Positions 17,664 through 26,355 of a stretch of 64,000 nt of DNA are shown piece by piece. Numbering within the stretch: the stretch's first letter is position 1; each line of letters begins with the position of its first letter. The DNA lies in the IMG/VR virus record IMGVR_UViG_3300044680_000280, positions 124,001-188,000 of that record. One strand, 5' to 3'. The notes beneath the pieces are model-generated. The model saw only the letters and a list, made by a program, of their open reading frames with translations. It was not told where the DNA came from and did no database searches. The position numbers and the translations under genes are program-made.

Positions 17664-19052
17664 TCAGGTAACCGTGAATGCAACCGGGAAATTGACCCAG
17701 TCGATCGAACCGTTGTTCGCCTCAGGAAGGAATCCATTCGGATTACCCACTGTCACGCTCGAAGACGAGATGTACGACAGAACACGGAAGGTACCGTTGT
17801 TCGACGGGCTATTGCAGTTCGAGAACCGAATGAACGAGCCGACCGAAGCTGCTGACATACCCGTCAGACCCGTGATGGTGGAAACACCAAGAACTGCGGA
17901 AGAGATGGTCGCCGAGCTACCAGAAATGCAATTGACGGTAGACTCGAACTTGACCTCAACAGTATTCCCAGCGACACCAAACCCATTCAGAATCGAGGCA
18001 GGGATGACGATCGAGGTCGAAGAAACCGACCCAGTCGTACCGCCAGAAACCGTGTTCACAATGAGCTCTTGGTTGACCTTGACCGTAGCGCCCGTCGTGG
18101 GGTTCGTAACGAGAACCGCGGTGGAACTGAAGTACTCGGAATTACCGAGACCAACACCAGTGATGGTGATGTCCCCCGTATTTGGGCTGTTGTGAACCGC
18201 GCCCGTGATGCTCGGAAGAGGATAGGTGAAGAGAGTCGTACCGTCGTTTTCGACGACCGTGATGGCCGGTCCGTACGCTGGAAGCGGAACGAGACGGGGA
18301 TCGGGGTTGAAATTCGGCAACAGGTAACCAGCAAGATTTCCAACCTGGAAACTCTTGAGGGCTACGTCCGACTCAACAAACTCGGGAGCGATAACATTGG
18401 CAACGGACGCGACGCTTGGCGAAGCACCAAGAGTCGAGAGTAGGTTTGCCGCCGAAACGTTCAACGGGCCGCCAACGGGCAGAAGAGCCGTGATGATGGT
18501 CGACGCAGTCGGCATCGTAAAACTCGCGCCCCCGGATACCAGGTGGGCTGGGGTGTTGAATGTCGAACCGTCGCCAGTCGTGTCGTAGGCGATGTACGCT
18601 CCGACACCGACAGCCGTCGACTGAAGAACGAACAGGGTACCAGTTGCCGTGTCCGTGGTGGCCGTTGCCGCGACGCCAGCACCCGTGAGAGCCGTGTTCG
18701 CCGCCGCAAGCAGGGTGGTCATGCTCGCGTAGGTGGCCGCCGGAATGGTGACCGCCGTGAAAGAACCGCCCGAGGATGTCTTCACGCGAAGGACATTGTT
18801 CGAGCCCGTGAGGGTCAGAGGGAACGTGACCGCCGAGCTACCCTCGACGCCTGACATGACCCCGCCCAATCCGTTCGACAGACCGTCATTGCTGAGTCCA
18901 GCAAGAAAGTTTGTCAAAGCCGTGGGGCTCGGGTATTCGAGGTACTGCGTCTGACCCGGAGGATCGACCGAAAAGTTGATTTGGGAGGTAGGCTCCAGGT
19001 CCGCCAGAAAGATCGGTCCCGGAAGGTCTCCTCGAATAACTCCTACGCGCAT
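17664..19052 (-). CDS. Virion structural protein (462 aa, Thr/Ser/Gly-rich beta modules)
   Basis: High-GC3 codons. Contains an NNGTF module shared with the 949-aa protein and an Ig-like segment shared with 19479-20093. Confidence 0.7.
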   Translation of the reverse strand: MRVGVIRGDLPGPIFLADLEPTSQINFSVDPPGQTQYLEYPSPTALTNFLAGLSNDGLSNGLGGVMSGVEGSSAVTFPLTLTGSNNVLRVKTSSGGSFTAVTIPAATYASMTTLLAAANTALTGAGVAATATTDTATGTLFVLQSTAVGVGAYIAYDTTGDGSTFNTPAHLVSGGASFTMPTASTIITALLPVGGPLNVSAANLLSTLGASPSVASVANVIAPEFVESDVALKSFQVGNLAGYLLPNFNPDPRLVPLPAYGPAITVVENDGTTLFTYPLPSITGAVHNSPNTGDITITGVGLGNSEYFSSTAVLVTNPTTGATVKVNQELIVNTVSGGTTGSVSSTSIVIPASILNGFGVAGNTVEVKFESTVNCISGSSATISSAVLGVSTITGLTGMSAASVGSFIRFSNCNSPSNNGTFRVLSYISSSSVTVGNPNGFLPEANNGSIDWVNFPVAFTVT

Positions 19053-19471
19053 GATGTCAGACTCCCTTTTCGTAACGGTGGTTGGTCAAGTCTCGGCGTG
19101 CCGAGCAGTGTTTGATCGGCAAGACGACCCCGTAGGAGGTCGAATTTGAGGAGTCTGAGGACGGCTCCGTAATCCGAGTAAAAGTGCGAAATGGCTTGAA
19201 GGAACTTGAGTTGGTCGGCCTTCCAAGAAAAAAGGGCCGCTCGGATGTGGACTCGCATCCCCCTGAGGTATTTGATGTACAGGTCGCGCCGGTCAAGAGT
19301 TTCAAACTCACCCTCAGCCTCCGAGAGGCGTTCGAATCGGCCCTCGATGTCCTTAATGAGAGCCCGCACTTGGCTCCCCATGAGGAGATTCTGAGGCCGC
19401 CAACGATTCTCGATCTGCTGAAAGGCGTCGCCTTCCCGCTCGATGAGCCGTCGGAGGAGGATGTAGTCCAC
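19043..19471 (-). CDS. Hypothetical helical protein (142 aa)
   Basis: GTG start; more protein-like than the competing frame. Confidence 0.5.
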   Translation of the reverse strand: MDYILLRRLIEREGDAFQQIENRWRPQNLLMGSQVRALIKDIEGRFERLSEAEGEFETLDRRDLYIKYLRGMRVHIRAALFSWKADQLKFLQAISHFYSDYGAVLRLLKFDLLRGRLADQTLLGTPRLDQPPLRKGSLTSCA

Positions 19472-19478
19472 GTGTTCA

Positions 19479-20093
19479 TCAGGCCAGGGTGAAGGTGTTG
19501 GAGTTTTGCTCGTTGGCGTTGACAGTGACCGTATTTCCAGCCGACGGAGCCGTACTGAAAGCCGAAAGCGGAATCGTGATGCTCGTGGCCGAAACCGTAC
19601 CCGTGGCGGCGAGGATCTGAGCCTGCGTCCACACCGCAGGGGATGGAGCCGTTGCCGTACCCGCCGCGAAGGTGACTGTCGTCGTGTCGGGCGAAACCGA
19701 CGTCAGGGTCGTCCCCGTAACACTCGCATTGGAAGAGCTCGAGTGGCTTGCCGCCGTAACAACGGGGGCTGCGACTTGAGAAGCCGTCAGACTCGTGACC
19801 GTGACAAGCTCCGCCTTCTGGAGGTTGAAAATGCGACCCTCACCCGAGGACAGTAGAACCCTGGGAGTCTCGTCCAAGTCGATGTAGCCGGGAACCGAGG
19901 GGTATCCTTGGGTCGTTCGATTGAACGCGATGTAACAGGACTGTTTGGGGGCTTGGGCATACCCATCCCTCTTGTAGGCCTTGGGATCGCCTTGAGAGCC
20001 CAAACGGTATACGGTTTTGTTCGGGAGTCCGTCATCGATGTCGTCGACGAGGATACCACCAACGACTGTTTGGTTGTGTTGGACACGCAGCAT
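19479..20093 (-). CDS. Virion structural protein with C-terminal Ig-like domain (204 aa)
   Basis: C-terminal half resembles the Ig-like segment of 17664-19052. Confidence 0.65.
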   Translation of the reverse strand: MLRVQHNQTVVGGILVDDIDDGLPNKTVYRLGSQGDPKAYKRDGYAQAPKQSCYIAFNRTTQGYPSVPGYIDLDETPRVLLSSGEGRIFNLQKAELVTVTSLTASQVAAPVVTAASHSSSSNASVTGTTLTSVSPDTTTVTFAAGTATAPSPAVWTQAQILAATGTVSATSITIPLSAFSTAPSAGNTVTVNANEQNSNTFTLA

Positions 20094-20139
20094 GGTTTTG
20101 GGCTCCTAGAATTCGATTTTGAGGTCTGATAAGTAAAAG

Positions 20140-20694
20140 TTACAAGGAAGTTGACCCCAAAGGACGCTTCGCGTGGTCCACGGGAACGACATCTTTCGTC
20201 AAGAAGGCATAAAGGTCCTGCGGAGTGGTGTTCTTTGCGATAAGGGCGTCCGCACCGGGGTACTTGCTTACCTGAAGCACGAATACAATGGCTTCCGAGC
20301 AAAACATTGCCCGTTGCTCATGCAGTGGGTTCCGAATCTTGAACTTAAGCCATCGCCAGGTACGCTCTAGCCATCTTTCGTAGACGACAACGGCCTCCCC
20401 GAGGAGGCCGCCCACGTCATACGAACCCCCGAGCCACCCCATAGCCCGAATCACCCCATCTTCAACGGGGTACGGTAGAGTGACTAGCGACACAAGGTGA
20501 TTACCAACCGTATACCCCTCGTAAGGAATCAAGTGGTACCCCTGCAAAACCGCCTCAAGCACCCACTTTTGTTGACCGTAAAACGCTGTCCCGGGGTCCA
20601 AAAGGAGCCAACAGTGACTAATCGTGGATCCGGTAAACCATTGAATGATCTTGGAAAGCCAGGTGTTCGAATTTGAGAATCCTACGCTGATCAT
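20140..20694 (-). CDS. Permuted papain-like NlpC/P60 (YiiX/YebB-type) enzyme
   Basis: ISHCWL (His) precedes LGGSYD and MFCSE (Cys), the circularly permuted order. ATG at 20694 coupled to the upstream TGA. Confidence 0.78.
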   Translation of the reverse strand: MISVGFSNSNTWLSKIIQWFTGSTISHCWLLLDPGTAFYGQQKWVLEAVLQGYHLIPYEGYTVGNHLVSLVTLPYPVEDGVIRAMGWLGGSYDVGGLLGEAVVVYERWLERTWRWLKFKIRNPLHEQRAMFCSEAIVFVLQVSKYPGADALIAKNTTPQDLYAFLTKDVVPVDHAKRPLGSTSL

Positions 20695-21836
20695 TCTGTC
20701 TCCACTATGCAGTAGAACGTTGCGGCCGCCGCCGTGCCCGTGAAGGGGACGTCGTGCTGGAGCTTGATTTTTACATACATTCCGCTTGCCGACTCGATGA
20801 CAAGAGCCGACTGATAGTTCCAGGAAAGGATGACGTGAGGAGTGTTCAATCCGCGCCAAGAAGAGCCGCCAAGAGCCGGATACGTGGGATAGGACAACTG
20901 GGCGTCGTTCTGGTAATCGTTCATCGTCTTGTAATTGAGACTGTTCCCCAACGGAATGACTGTTCCAGTGGGCACGGCCCCCGAGGTCACGAGTTCTGGG
21001 GCAAAAAAGTCTACTATACCGTAGAGCTGGAAGGTTGTGGTGTCCGTAATGCCGATGTCCGTTGTGAACTGGACCTCAGCGGAGTCAATGCTCAGGTTCG
21101 TCCCTGAGTTCGGTTTGATAATGAACGAGGAATCCACCATATAGTGGTATGTGACGGTAACGACATCGGTCGGCTGATTTGCCGCGAGAAAGTGGATGAT
21201 CCCGTTCTTGTAATCGATCGTGTAGTCCCCGCCCGTACCGTAATGCGGATCCTGTTCCGTCTTCTGGGTCCCATTCACGTAAACGCTGACTCGGTAGGAC
21301 TGATTATTGCTGTCGACTAGGTAGTCCTCCCCAGTCAGTTTACCGTGGTAACTGTCAATGAGAGTTTGCTTAGAGGTCGCATAGTTGAGGTGCGTACCAT
21401 CATCGGTTGCGGTTTCCGCCGTGATGAGAACTGAGCTACCGTACCAAGTTGTGGGATCCGTCCAATCGTGCGAATAAAGAGTGGCGCGAACAACGCTCGT
21501 TTTCTCAGAGGCCACTCGGATACGCCCGTCGGCCAACCTGGGAGCCACGGTCTGGTTAGAACTCGTATGGTAATTGGTTAAAAAGTCAGTTGTGTCAGTG
21601 TCGTTTTGAGCCTGGGAGTAATCAGAATCAAACTGGAAAGTAGGAGACACTGACGAGAACACCAAGAGGCATTTGTATGCGATGTCGTCGTCAAAAGCGA
21701 AGACACAGTAACTGTCAACTTGGGTGATGTATTGTACGGACAAGTTCTTAGCTGTGCAGATCGCCTTGAAGTCGGGCCACCGTAGGGTGACGACCGCCGA
21801 ACTGTTGAAATGGATTTGTTGCGCGTAGGTGGTCAT
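20691..21836 (-). CDS. Fibre-associated structural protein (381 aa)
   Basis: Likely ATG at 21836 (MTTYAQQI; ATGA overlap with the fibre stop); DYTIDYKNGIIHF beta-module. Confidence 0.6.
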   Translation of the reverse strand: MTTYAQQIHFNSSAVVTLRWPDFKAICTAKNLSVQYITQVDSYCVFAFDDDIAYKCLLVFSSVSPTFQFDSDYSQAQNDTDTTDFLTNYHTSSNQTVAPRLADGRIRVASEKTSVVRATLYSHDWTDPTTWYGSSVLITAETATDDGTHLNYATSKQTLIDSYHGKLTGEDYLVDSNNQSYRVSVYVNGTQKTEQDPHYGTGGDYTIDYKNGIIHFLAANQPTDVVTVTYHYMVDSSFIIKPNSGTNLSIDSAEVQFTTDIGITDTTTFQLYGIVDFFAPELVTSGAVPTGTVIPLGNSLNYKTMNDYQNDAQLSYPTYPALGGSSWRGLNTPHVILSWNYQSALVIESASGMYVKIKLQHDVPFTGTAAAATFYCIVETE

Positions 21837-24685
21837 TCGAAGTACCCGTTGATGAATATGGTGCCACGAACGACCCCTGTAGTCGGACCATAGAGGTGTT
21901 TGACCAAGATGAGGAAGTACTTCCCAGGTTGTACAACGATGGGTGCGGTTAGAGTTTGGGTAATAGGTGATCCTGTAAAGATGGTGCCCACGGCGGAGCT
22001 CGCCGGTGCGGTAAAAATGCCCAAAACGTATCGTTGACCTGTAGCCGTACTCGGATTGTTGGAGTTGGCCACCATGAAGCTCCACTCCTCAATGTTGATC
22101 GTCGCCCCTAAAACCGTCGTGACGAACGGTTGGGGCATGTAAATTTCTGTCACATACAAGGTATAAGGTGACGGTACCTGATACCCGAATACCCCGTAAA
22201 GCGACTCAGACCCGCTCGTTGTCGCTATATCGAAGTCACCACCCAAGTACGCATAATTGACGCCGGTCGTGGTAGGAGCCGCAGAAGAGGGAGCAGTGGT
22301 GAAAACCTGAGAGGTCTGTAAGAACGTTGTTGGGTCAATGCCCGCTGAGCGTCCGGTTCCTGCTAATTGATGTGCCCACGGTTTGGACTCATCGATGTCA
22401 TAGCGCCAGGACTGAAAACCGGTGATCTTCGTTTCAGGAGCCGCACTCGCCGTACCAGTCGTATACACACGGGCAAAAGCAGGCAAGTGGGAGACTGCGG
22501 CCGCAACGTTTGGAGTGGCTAGGGTTATAGGAGCAAAGTAGTCCACAAGGGGAACGCCAGTCTCTGACTCAATGATAAATCGTGCGCCCCCGTCCTCGAC
22601 CCACACAAAAAACAGGTAGTAGGTAGTACCCACGAGGGTACCAAGAGAGGAGGAGACGGTCTCTGTCCCGTTGTTGGACGTAACCGCGAAAATAGTGCCT
22701 GACGAGTTAAAGCGAAAGAAGGCTCCGTTACTGACGACCGCAGTTGTGCCCGACGGAGCTCCGAAACCCAACTCACTGACAGAGTTGGTTCCTTGAGTGA
22801 CGAGTGCTTTGAACGAGCACCCGGTCGGAGCCTGGTTAAACAATGCAAATTGGCTGTTGCTTGTGATAATCGCATAGGTTGTCGTAGTCGTGATGGCACC
22901 ACTGTTCAGTGTGAGTAGACCACCACTCTGACCTATTGTCATCGTTCCAGTACTTTGAGTCCAAACCCACGTGTTGATGTTGCTTCCCTCAACGGGGTCG
23001 AAACCAACAAGCGTTTGGTACCCTGGAGTGAGGTGGCCTAAACGATTTGCTCTCGCTACCCTACCGACTCCCGAGGACTGACCAATAATGGGGACGCCTG
23101 TCTGGGCACCCGCTGTCATTGCCGTACGGTCGACAACAGATCCTAGATTACGTACCAACCCCGCCGAATCAATTCCGGATACAGGCACTGGGTTAGTCAA
23201 TGGGGTGTTGGCGACAGGAGTGGAACCCTGAACAGGAATAGGCTCCCCGTTGAAGTCCTGATCTATCTGAAGTCGATCGATATCCTCAAAAAAGGCGTAG
23301 TCAACTGAAAGAGTGGTGCTCGATGCGGCTGTCCCAGTATTTCCAATATCGGCGATAATGAAAAGTGGTGTGTACGGAGTGGGGAGGTGGATCGTATTGA
23401 TTGCCACCACGATCCCATCGATGGACAGGGTCGCCTGGTTAGCTGAAAGTCCAATGTTGTACGTGTGGTAAGTCGCCGTGGTTCCACCATTCGGCAGTGT
23501 AACCGTCGTGCTCTGGGTGTCAGTGACCGCACTAGTGTATGCTGTTGTGAAGGTAACCTGAGTATTGTTTGTACCGCTAAATCCAATGACGGCCTGCTGA
23601 TTTATAGAGGTGGGGTTGTCTACCAATCCAAGGTATGCCGATTGGTTCGCAATACGTTGAGACAATGAGGCGTAGAATTGAATGTTGAACGGGAGGTAGT
23701 CCGAAAGGCTCACAATGGATCCAGAAGACCCGCTCGTGGTACCCGTGGCAATACTCACAATCGAACTGGCCACTGTGATTGAGCCGGCCGAAGGAGTCGT
23801 AGTCTTCCAATTGCTGACGACACTCGTTGCGCCGCCCGTTGTACCCGTATAGTTGGTGTCGAGAATAAGCTGTGTTGCCGAAACAACATATGAGACCTGC
23901 GCGTAGAGGGTCTCAGAATCAGCAGACTTTTTGACGTACTGACCCATTTTGATCTGGGTCGTGAAAGAAGTCCCAGAGCCAGTAACCGTAGTCGAACCGT
24001 TCGTAAACGTGACGGTACCCGTTAGGGTTGTCGTAAGAGCCGTGCCCGTGAAGTCGTCCCGAAAACTGCCCTCATCGGTAATAACCGGACCTCGGGTCTC
24101 AAGATTCCCATAAGCGTCAATAGTTGGGGTGCCATTTCCCGAGATGTAAGATCCTGGATCTGGGTACGAACTTGATGCCTGCTGATCTATCTCGGTAATG
24201 TTCGCGTTACTGTTCGGGGAAATGGTGACCACGAGGGCGTCGTCCGTAGCCAGTGGAGCCACACCCGATGGCTTAACCGCAACTGGCCCGTTACCAGCAT
24301 TATCGAAAATACCGGTTGTCCCAGCAACCTTGTTGACGAGAGTCGCGTACACGCCGCCGAAGGACGGCGTCGTACCCGTAACCGTCCAGGTGATCTGGAA
24401 GCAGCTTCCTCTGGCCATGGCCAGAGATATGATCTGTGTGCCCACCGCCGTGATGGCCGTCCCCACGGCTGAGCTACTAATGGCGGTTGTAAAGTTCCCG
24501 GGGTCAACTTCCTGAATCGTAAACGTAATGGTAGGGGTCGTCCCTGAAACGGTGCCCGTAACATTGACGATAAGGACGACTTCTTTTGCCCCTACATCTT
24601 CGAATACGCCTGACGACCCCGACGCCGTAACCGTGGCGTTTGCCAGTACAACTTGTCTATAGTCGTCGATTACGACTTCCATCAA
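21833..24685 (-). CDS. Tail fibre/adhesin-like protein A (950 aa)
   Basis: Thr/Ser/Gly-rich, multi-module; N- and C-terminal domains paralogous to 26356-29166 and 29214-30155. Confidence 0.7.
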   Translation of the reverse strand: MMEVVIDDYRQVVLANATVTASGSSGVFEDVGAKEVVLIVNVTGTVSGTTPTITFTIQEVDPGNFTTAISSSAVGTAITAVGTQIISLAMARGSCFQITWTVTGTTPSFGGVYATLVNKVAGTTGIFDNAGNGPVAVKPSGVAPLATDDALVVTISPNSNANITEIDQQASSSYPDPGSYISGNGTPTIDAYGNLETRGPVITDEGSFRDDFTGTALTTTLTGTVTFTNGSTTVTGSGTSFTTQIKMGQYVKKSADSETLYAQVSYVVSATQLILDTNYTGTTGGATSVVSNWKTTTPSAGSITVASSIVSIATGTTSGSSGSIVSLSDYLPFNIQFYASLSQRIANQSAYLGLVDNPTSINQQAVIGFSGTNNTQVTFTTAYTSAVTDTQSTTVTLPNGGTTATYHTYNIGLSANQATLSIDGIVVAINTIHLPTPYTPLFIIADIGNTGTAASSTTLSVDYAFFEDIDRLQIDQDFNGEPIPVQGSTPVANTPLTNPVPVSGIDSAGLVRNLGSVVDRTAMTAGAQTGVPIIGQSSGVGRVARANRLGHLTPGYQTLVGFDPVEGSNINTWVWTQSTGTMTIGQSGGLLTLNSGAITTTTTYAIITSNSQFALFNQAPTGCSFKALVTQGTNSVSELGFGAPSGTTAVVSNGAFFRFNSSGTIFAVTSNNGTETVSSSLGTLVGTTYYLFFVWVEDGGARFIIESETGVPLVDYFAPITLATPNVAAAVSHLPAFARVYTTGTASAAPETKITGFQSWRYDIDESKPWAHQLAGTGRSAGIDPTTFLQTSQVFTTAPSSAAPTTTGVNYAYLGGDFDIATTSGSESLYGVFGYQVPSPYTLYVTEIYMPQPFVTTVLGATINIEEWSFMVANSNNPSTATGQRYVLGIFTAPASSAVGTIFTGSPITQTLTAPIVVQPGKYFLILVKHLYGPTTGVVRGTIFINGYFE

Positions 24686-24709
24686 CCTCAGACAACTATA
24701 GAAAGAAGG

Positions 24710-26287
24710 TTACTCACAACCAGTCGATGGAGCCGTCGTACAACTAGCCGCAGTCGTCACACTCTTCGTCGCAATGCAACTCAGGTAGTTCTTGTAGACC
24801 GTGCCGTTGGAACTGGGCGTAAAGCTTGTGGTATCATTGAGCAATTGGGGATTGTTTGAATCGGACCAAGACCAAGCAAAGAATCCGATGTCTTGTGTGT
24901 CCGCCCAACTGAGGAAAAGAGGCCACCAAGCCGAACCCGTAGACGTATCGCATGCGTAGTATCCAGTCTCACCTACAACGATGGGATACCCTGCCGAAAG
25001 CACCGCTTGAGCTCCAAGTCCCGATGATGGGTCACAGAGCTGACTGAAGGTGGAAGCAGGGTTCGTGGTGCAGCCGCCCTGGTCGTCGTAAACGTGCCAG
25101 CTAGCCGCGAGGTTGTTCGCAGGGTCAGTCGGTAGGTATTGGGTCCAAAGGTCAAGGTTGGACGAGTAGCCAGGACCCCCCAGAATGATGAGATTGTTGG
25201 CTCCTGCGGTTCGAACGGTGTTGACGAGCGTTTGCCAACCAGCAACCGCGAAGTTCATCATGGGGCAGGACCCGCTCGACGCGGCCGTACTTCCATTCAG
25301 AAGACACGCGAACTGCTGAGCTTCGGTACCCGAGCTCATATTGGGCTCGTTGAACAAGTCGAAGATTACGTTCCCATTGCTTGCAAAAAGCCCAGCAACC
25401 TGTTGCCAGAACGTAATGCTGTGATCGACGTCTGGCATCAAACCCTGATTGAGAGCCTGAGTAGTTCCAGGGGCTGACATGTGAAGGTCGAGGATGACGT
25501 ACATGCCTTCCGACGTGATGAGATTCACCGCCTGCTGAATTGGGGTCTCGTAGTTAACCCCACCAACGCTCGCATCCGTACCATTGATACCAAGCCAGCA
25601 ATCCTCATTCAGAGGAATACGAACGGCATTGATACCCCAAGACTGCATCGCTGTAAGGCTGTCTTGAGTGAGGGGAGACGGTCCTCCTTCGGGGGACAGT
25701 ACAACGGCCGGTGGACCCCACGTAAGGCAGAAGTTCTCCGAGCCAGACTCGTCAACTCCATGAAGAGTGACCTTGTTGCCATTCGAGTCGGCAACATATC
25801 CATGCGCCCCGCCCACGCCCACGACCGCATGTAGGCCACTTGAGGGTGGGAGGCTAGACGAAGATATTGAGGTCGTCGTTGTACTGGTCGACGAAGACGT
25901 TGAGGTCGAAGTCGAAGAAGCGGTAGAGGTCGAAGTAGAGTGAGAGTGCGTATGGGAGCTACTCGAACTCGTCGAGGTTCCAACAATGGTCGATGAGTTG
26001 GAACTAGAAGTCGAACTGGGGGACGATGTCAGCGTCATCGACGATGATGAAGTTGACGGGGAACTCACTGAGGTCGATGAGTGAGTGTTTGACGACGTTG
26101 ACGTCGTGCTGGAGCTGGACTCTACCGTATACGACGTCGAGGACGTCGACAGAGTTGACGAGGTCGTGGTGGACTCCGTAGAGGTTGAGGACTCGGGCGG
26201 TGGTGTGCCCCCGCCGCAGGCTACGACACAGAGCAGCCCCACAGTGAATAGAGATACGAATTGACGACCAATGCGGGACCAAACCAT
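24710..26287 (-). CDS. GH5 glycoside hydrolase lipoprotein (cellulase-like) with Ser/Thr linker
   Basis: Signal peptide and lipobox VVAC; about 120-aa S/T linker; then AVRIPLN, ILDLH, LFNEP (acid/base Glu), WHVY, VGETG (nucleophile Glu), FAWSW. Confidence 0.9.
   Translation of the reverse strand: MVWSRIGRQFVSLFTVGLLCVVACGGGTPPPESSTSTESTTTSSTLSTSSTSYTVESSSSTTSTSSNTHSSTSVSSPSTSSSSMTLTSSPSSTSSSNSSTIVGTSTSSSSSHTHSHSTSTSTASSTSTSTSSSTSTTTTSISSSSLPPSSGLHAVVGVGGAHGYVADSNGNKVTLHGVDESGSENFCLTWGPPAVVLSPEGGPSPLTQDSLTAMQSWGINAVRIPLNEDCWLGINGTDASVGGVNYETPIQQAVNLITSEGMYVILDLHMSAPGTTQALNQGLMPDVDHSITFWQQVAGLFASNGNVIFDLFNEPNMSSGTEAQQFACLLNGSTAASSGSCPMMNFAVAGWQTLVNTVRTAGANNLIILGGPGYSSNLDLWTQYLPTDPANNLAASWHVYDDQGGCTTNPASTFSQLCDPSSGLGAQAVLSAGYPIVVGETGYYACDTSTGSAWWPLFLSWADTQDIGFFAWSWSDSNNPQLLNDTTSFTPSSNGTVYKNYLSCIATKSVTTAASCTTAPSTGCE
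25850..26200 (-). repeat. Low-complexity Ser/Thr-coding tract
   Basis: Encodes the SSTSTESTTTSSTLS...SSSS linker; boundaries approximate. Confidence 0.8.
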
Positions 26288-26355
26288 GACGAATACCTCC
26301 CAGGTACAACGGGAATCGGATTTGATCTGGGTCTGGTATGGTCCTAAAGTCGGTC

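Noticed and set aside
19057-19632. 191-aa alternative minus-strand ORF
   Set aside because: Overlaps two better ORFs in other frames; Ser/Arg-rich off-frame composition
24710-26287. Host assignment (e.g. Myxococcota) from the style of the GH5 lipoprotein
   Set aside because: Only an impression; needs a phylogeny or a CRISPR spacer match
4150-26345. Recurrent CAGAC/CAGAT 5-mers in leaders of the sheath, 17270, 20093 and GH5 genes
   Set aside because: Too short and variably spaced to distinguish from chance by eye
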